A stretch of DNA of 64,000 nt. It comes from a virus. Positions 60,568 through 64,000 of the stretch are shown piece by piece. Positions within the stretch are counted from its first letter, which is position 1. Each line of letters opens with the position of its first letter. The position numbers were made by a program, and so were the translations under genes. The notes beneath the pieces are model-generated. The model ran no database searches. It worked only from the letters and a program-made list of their open reading frames with translations, and had not been told where the DNA came from. The stretch is from IMG/VR virus record IMGVR_UViG_3300020204_000036, positions 19,771 to 83,770 of that record. One strand, written 5' to 3'.

Positions 60568-62081
60568 AAATCATAATCACAGAAAATCAACTAAAGTCTC
60601 TTATTTCAGAATCAGGTATTAGAAACATAAATGATTTATTAAATAGATATAAAAAGGCTAAAATATATTTTCATCAAGATTTAGATGGTGTTGCAACGGC
60701 AATTGCAATGAAAAAATATCTAGAAAACCAAGGTTTCAAAGTTGTTGATTGTGAGGTTATCCAATATGGTGAAAAAGAATGGGCAATAAAGAGAGCAGAC
60801 ATTAGTGATGATGCTCGTGGAGAAATAATGCCAGTACTTGTAGATTTTGCACACGGGAAACCTATGTTTGAAATTCATACTGACCACCACGACAGTCAAG
60901 TTGGTGTTGAAAAAGAAACATCAACCAGTTTTAAAAGTGCTAGGTCAAATGTAGAAACAATATCACAAACAGTATCACCAAAAGAGTTATTCACCGCTAC
61001 CGATTTATCTATTATTTCAATGGTGGATTCAGCTAACTATGCAACACATGACATAACCCCCAAAATGGTAATGAATTTTATATATAAATTTGATGAAAGT
61101 AAAACAAGTCGAGATAATATGATTATGTTGGGTTTAGTAACTAACAAATTACTGTTAGCTTATAAAAACTATCCGAATTTTATGGAAGATTTGGTTATGA
61201 GAGCCGAACCTTCTATAAAAAATATCTACAATATCATAAAAGAATTTGCTATAGAGAGAAACTATGTAGATATCGATACTATGATTAAAAATCAAGAAAA
61301 ATACTTAATAGATAGAAAAGAAGGGACTAAAAGTAATTCTGGTGTTGAAGTGGTTGGTAATATTTTAACACAGATGGATTTGGGGTCCATGAAAAAAGGT
61401 TCATATGATAGATATGTTCCATTTGAACTATATCCCGATGCAGACTTTTTGGTCACAGGTTTAGGAGGTCAAGTAGGTATGGTTCAAGCTTCTTGTAATC
61501 CATATAAAAAAGAGAGAGCGTTAAAAGGAATTGATTTAGGTAAAATTAAAGATGAAGTTTTAGATTTTTTCAAACCTGAACTAGAAAATGAAATATTGAC
61601 ATATGAAATAATTAAAAAAATTGCAGAAAAAAAGGCAACAGATGAATCTGTTGGTTTTACAACAAGAGATTTTGAAGCCATTTATGGTGGGTTACCGTCA
61701 TTTGAAAATAACTCAATAAATGCTTACGATTTTTTAAAGGCAAACTCAGGAGGACACAAATGTATTACAAATGTATCAGGAATTAATTATGTATATAGTG
61801 GTTACGATAAACCATATACAAAAGATTTACCTGAAGAATTGTTACCAATTGCAAATTATGATGGTGATAATAATTTTGTTAATGATATTAAAAAACAACT
61901 TTTAAGGTTTAGAAGATTATCTGAAAAACAGGTAGAAGCGGCCATAAGACAATTAAAAAAAGAAAACAAATTTAATTCAGATTACGTAGAAACTTCAAGT
62001 TCAAGAACCAGTAGAGATTTGGTAATTGATATGAGAAATAAGTTTATTAATATTCTACAAAGAAAAATTGATAAAAATTAA
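60564..62081 (+). CDS. DHH-family phosphoesterase with IITE..LISE leader
   Basis: FHQDLDG, LVDF, TDHH, SGGH. Confidence 0.75.
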   Translation: MKIIITENQLKSLISESGIRNINDLLNRYKKAKIYFHQDLDGVATAIAMKKYLENQGFKVVDCEVIQYGEKEWAIKRADISDDARGEIMPVLVDFAHGKPMFEIHTDHHDSQVGVEKETSTSFKSARSNVETISQTVSPKELFTATDLSIISMVDSANYATHDITPKMVMNFIYKFDESKTSRDNMIMLGLVTNKLLLAYKNYPNFMEDLVMRAEPSIKNIYNIIKEFAIERNYVDIDTMIKNQEKYLIDRKEGTKSNSGVEVVGNILTQMDLGSMKKGSYDRYVPFELYPDADFLVTGLGGQVGMVQASCNPYKKERALKGIDLGKIKDEVLDFFKPELENEILTYEIIKKIAEKKATDESVGFTTRDFEAIYGGLPSFENNSINAYDFLKANSGGHKCITNVSGINYVYSGYDKPYTKDLPEELLPIANYDGDNNFVNDIKKQLLRFRRLSEKQVEAAIRQLKKENKFNSDYVETSSSRTSRDLVIDMRNKFINILQRKIDKN

Positions 62082-62239
62082 AAAGATTTAACAACTTTTT
62101 GTAATCATTGATATATTTATACTTATCTCAAAAATTTTTAATAAATTTTTATTGTTTTATTTGACTAATCGAAATATTAGTTTTAAATTTGTAAAACAAT
62201 TGGGAAACGTCCCGTTGTATAATTTGAAAAATTGAAAAT

Positions 62240-62383
62240 ATGAGTGAAGATTTAATCACCACTTCAGAGATTTTCTATTACTTTGATGATAAAGGAAAAA
62301 AACTTTATACGTCAAATGAAGTCTTTGCAAGTATAAGAGCAAACTACCACGGAACGGTAAAAGTTTTTGTAGAAAATATTTAA
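62240..62383 (+). CDS. Small hypothetical protein (47 aa)
   Basis: MSEDLITTSEIFYYFDDKGKKLYTSN...; own promoter and 5' hairpin. Confidence 0.55.
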   Translation: MSEDLITTSEIFYYFDDKGKKLYTSNEVFASIRANYHGTVKVFVENI

Positions 62384-62436
62384 AAAAAATTCACAGAGAC
62401 TTGTTTTTTTAAAATAAAAGACATAACTTTGTAAAA

Positions 62437-62495
62437 CATTTGAAACCTGAAGGAGATGAAAGATACTCGGTATTCAAATGGTAAGTTCTTTGAAA
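62437..62495 (+). promoter_or_regulatory. rrn-leader-like hairpin plus boxA-like element
   Basis: CATTTGAA/TTCAAATG stem (62437-62480), then AGTTCTTTGAAA (62484-62495). Confidence 0.55.
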
Positions 62496-62579
62496 TTCTA
62501 ACGAACAAATTGTTCAAACAAAATTTGAAATAAAAGATTAACCCCCTTTTCTTTAAAATTTGTGAAACAAAGAGTTCAA

Positions 62580-63395
62580 TGGGCCGTGTATGGTCCACTA
62601 AAATAAACCATGAAAGTGGGATAAAGTAAGTCAGAAGTGTAACTGATTTGCGTCTTGATTGTCTTCGGACAATCGAGGTCGAGTACACAAGCGGGAAACC
62701 GTTTAACCTTGAGTACTGAGGGCAACGCTGTAAGAAAAGTGGTTAAATGATTGGGCGATGTGGGTCGTCTGATTGAGGTGGGAACACCAATAGGAATAAC
62801 CCGTAGGAATATTTGCAAAAAATGAAGTTATCCAATTTCATTATTGCGTTTTCCAATATTAAAGGATACTTAAAACTGAAAGGTATGTTAAAGTACGAGT
62901 GGTGTCGTTATTAACCTTAATGAGTCTTTACCAAAAGATTTGTTTCGAAGTAGTCTTGAAATATGGAAATGGGGACATTTCACGGAGTAGTTGAGTATTG
63001 ACTTGTTCAAAAGATAGGTCAGCTCGGGTGGCGGACCACTACTTCGACAATCCACAACACAAAAACTTATTATTATAATTAATAACCATTAAGAATAAAT
63101 TAAGGAAAAGTGTCCGTCAGGTTTGAATGAAAGGTGACTACATAGTAATGAGCCGTTCATTGCACACGAAGGTCCCAAGCTGACGTGTAATTATCCGAAA
63201 AACCTTTAGTCCCGCAAGGACGAATTGGGGAGGCATCCTCAAAAAGAGTCAAGTAAGATGAGAGTAATTCAAACCTCAAGGAATGGTAAACCTAAAAGAC
63301 CGTCACTGAGAAATACTTCTCAAAAGGAAGTGGATAAGAGTAGAAACGATAATGACTCTAAAGGTTCTCACAACAAACGTGTAATCTCAGCGTTT
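62580..63395 (+). ncRNA. Giant ornate structured RNA, GOLLD-like (family unconfirmed)
   Basis: ~815-nt GC-elevated region without a credible ORF; UUCG- and GNRA-capped hairpins; long-range 10-bp helix; promoter upstream, terminator downstream. Confidence 0.7.
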
Positions 63396-63426
63396 TTTTT
63401 AATGGAGCCCACCGGTAAAAAATTTG

Positions 63427-63456
63427 ATGGATAAGGAAAAACTTATCCATTTTTTT
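63427..63456 (+). terminator. Intrinsic terminator
   Basis: ATGGATAAG-gaaaaa-CTTATCCAT plus T run. Confidence 0.85.
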
Positions 63457-63488
63457 GTGCGTTTAATTTTTTTTACTATCTTTGTTGT

Positions 63489-63914
63489 ATGGAAAACGCA
63501 TATAAAACAGGATACGTACTAAAAGACAAAGACATTAAGTTTATAAAAAATTACTGTAAAACCTTAGAAATAAAAACTAATGGATACCCTTATCATGGGT
63601 ATCCTGATACATGGGCAGTCTTAATTAATTCAACAATAAAAATTACTTCAATTAGAAAATATAAAAACCGGTATACTTGGGTAAAAAAAGATTTTGTCTA
63701 TGAAGTTGATGTTGAAATTGATGTTAAAAATAGCAAGTATATGGAACAAAACAAATGTTCCCAATGGTATATTAGACAAGATTTTATTCGTGGAGTCAAA
63801 AGAATGAACCGAAGATATAGAGATGCGATTACCACTTACATTTATAATGAATTAAAATACATGAATGTTGATGATGCACTTACTTTATCAAAAATTAAAT
63901 GGATAATTGAATAA
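63489..63914 (+). CDS. Hypothetical protein (probably early)
   Basis: 141 aa behind TTTG-N19-TATCTTTG. Confidence 0.65.
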   Translation: MENAYKTGYVLKDKDIKFIKNYCKTLEIKTNGYPYHGYPDTWAVLINSTIKITSIRKYKNRYTWVKKDFVYEVDVEIDVKNSKYMEQNKCSQWYIRQDFIRGVKRMNRRYRDAITTYIYNELKYMNVDDALTLSKIKWIIE

Positions 63915-63958
63915 AAAAATTTGGTTTATTAAAAAAAAACAATTACATTTGTAAACAT

Positions 63959-64000
63959 ATGGCAACAGTAAAAAACATACTTCTTGTTCACCCAAAATAT
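63959..64000 (+). CDS. 5' fragment of the next gene
   Basis: ATG after TACATTTG promoter; open to window end. Confidence 0.5.
   Translation, partial: MATVKNILLVHPKY

Noticed and set aside
1965-61681. Many short antisense or overlapping ORFs in the track (e.g. 7029-7418, 31878-32375)
   Set aside because: Shadows of codon-biased genes on the other strand or frame; no independent signals
62380-63434. Listed ORFs 62380-62688(-), 62576-62818(-), 63225-63434(+)
   Set aside because: Atypical composition and no motifs; better explained as chance frames in a structured RNA
1-64000. Genome-wide stop-codon reassignment
   Set aside because: Long genes are intact in code 11, and TAA, TAG and TGA all end tightly packed genes; only two local TAA oddities were seen

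Overview
A 64-kb, very AT-rich, gene-dense segment of a large contractile-tailed (jumbo-type) dsDNA bacteriophage. The host is probably in Bacteroidota, inferred from repeated TTTG-N19/20-TAnnTTTG promoters, a short Bacteroidota-type RpoD, GlnII, an Hc1-like protein and SprB-like repeats. Layout: end of nrdA (1-607); baseplate/tail/fibre module (685-27763) with two glycosyltransferases next to a (Thr-Pro)n mucin-like protein; recombination/replication genes (RuvC-like, primase, PD-(D/E)XK nuclease, Mre11/Rad50); sigma-70 and two candidate small structured RNAs; lysis-like and probable internal head proteins; an accessory region (DnaJ, RHH + LAGLIDADG, two DNA MTases, LRR protein, PcfJ-like, glutaredoxin, degenerate MetK-like, GlnII, DHH); and a ~0.8-kb ornate non-coding RNA (GOLLD-like) behind an rrn-like hairpin/boxA leader. 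Best leads: (1) a candidate phage-encoded mucin-type O-glycosylation system for a virion protein; (2) unrelated cargo proteins sharing an N-terminal '...I/L-I/L-x-E' leader and a TATTTAT promoter, a putative capsid-loading system; (3) the giant ncRNA with its antitermination-like leader. All calls come from motif recognition by eye; no searches were run.
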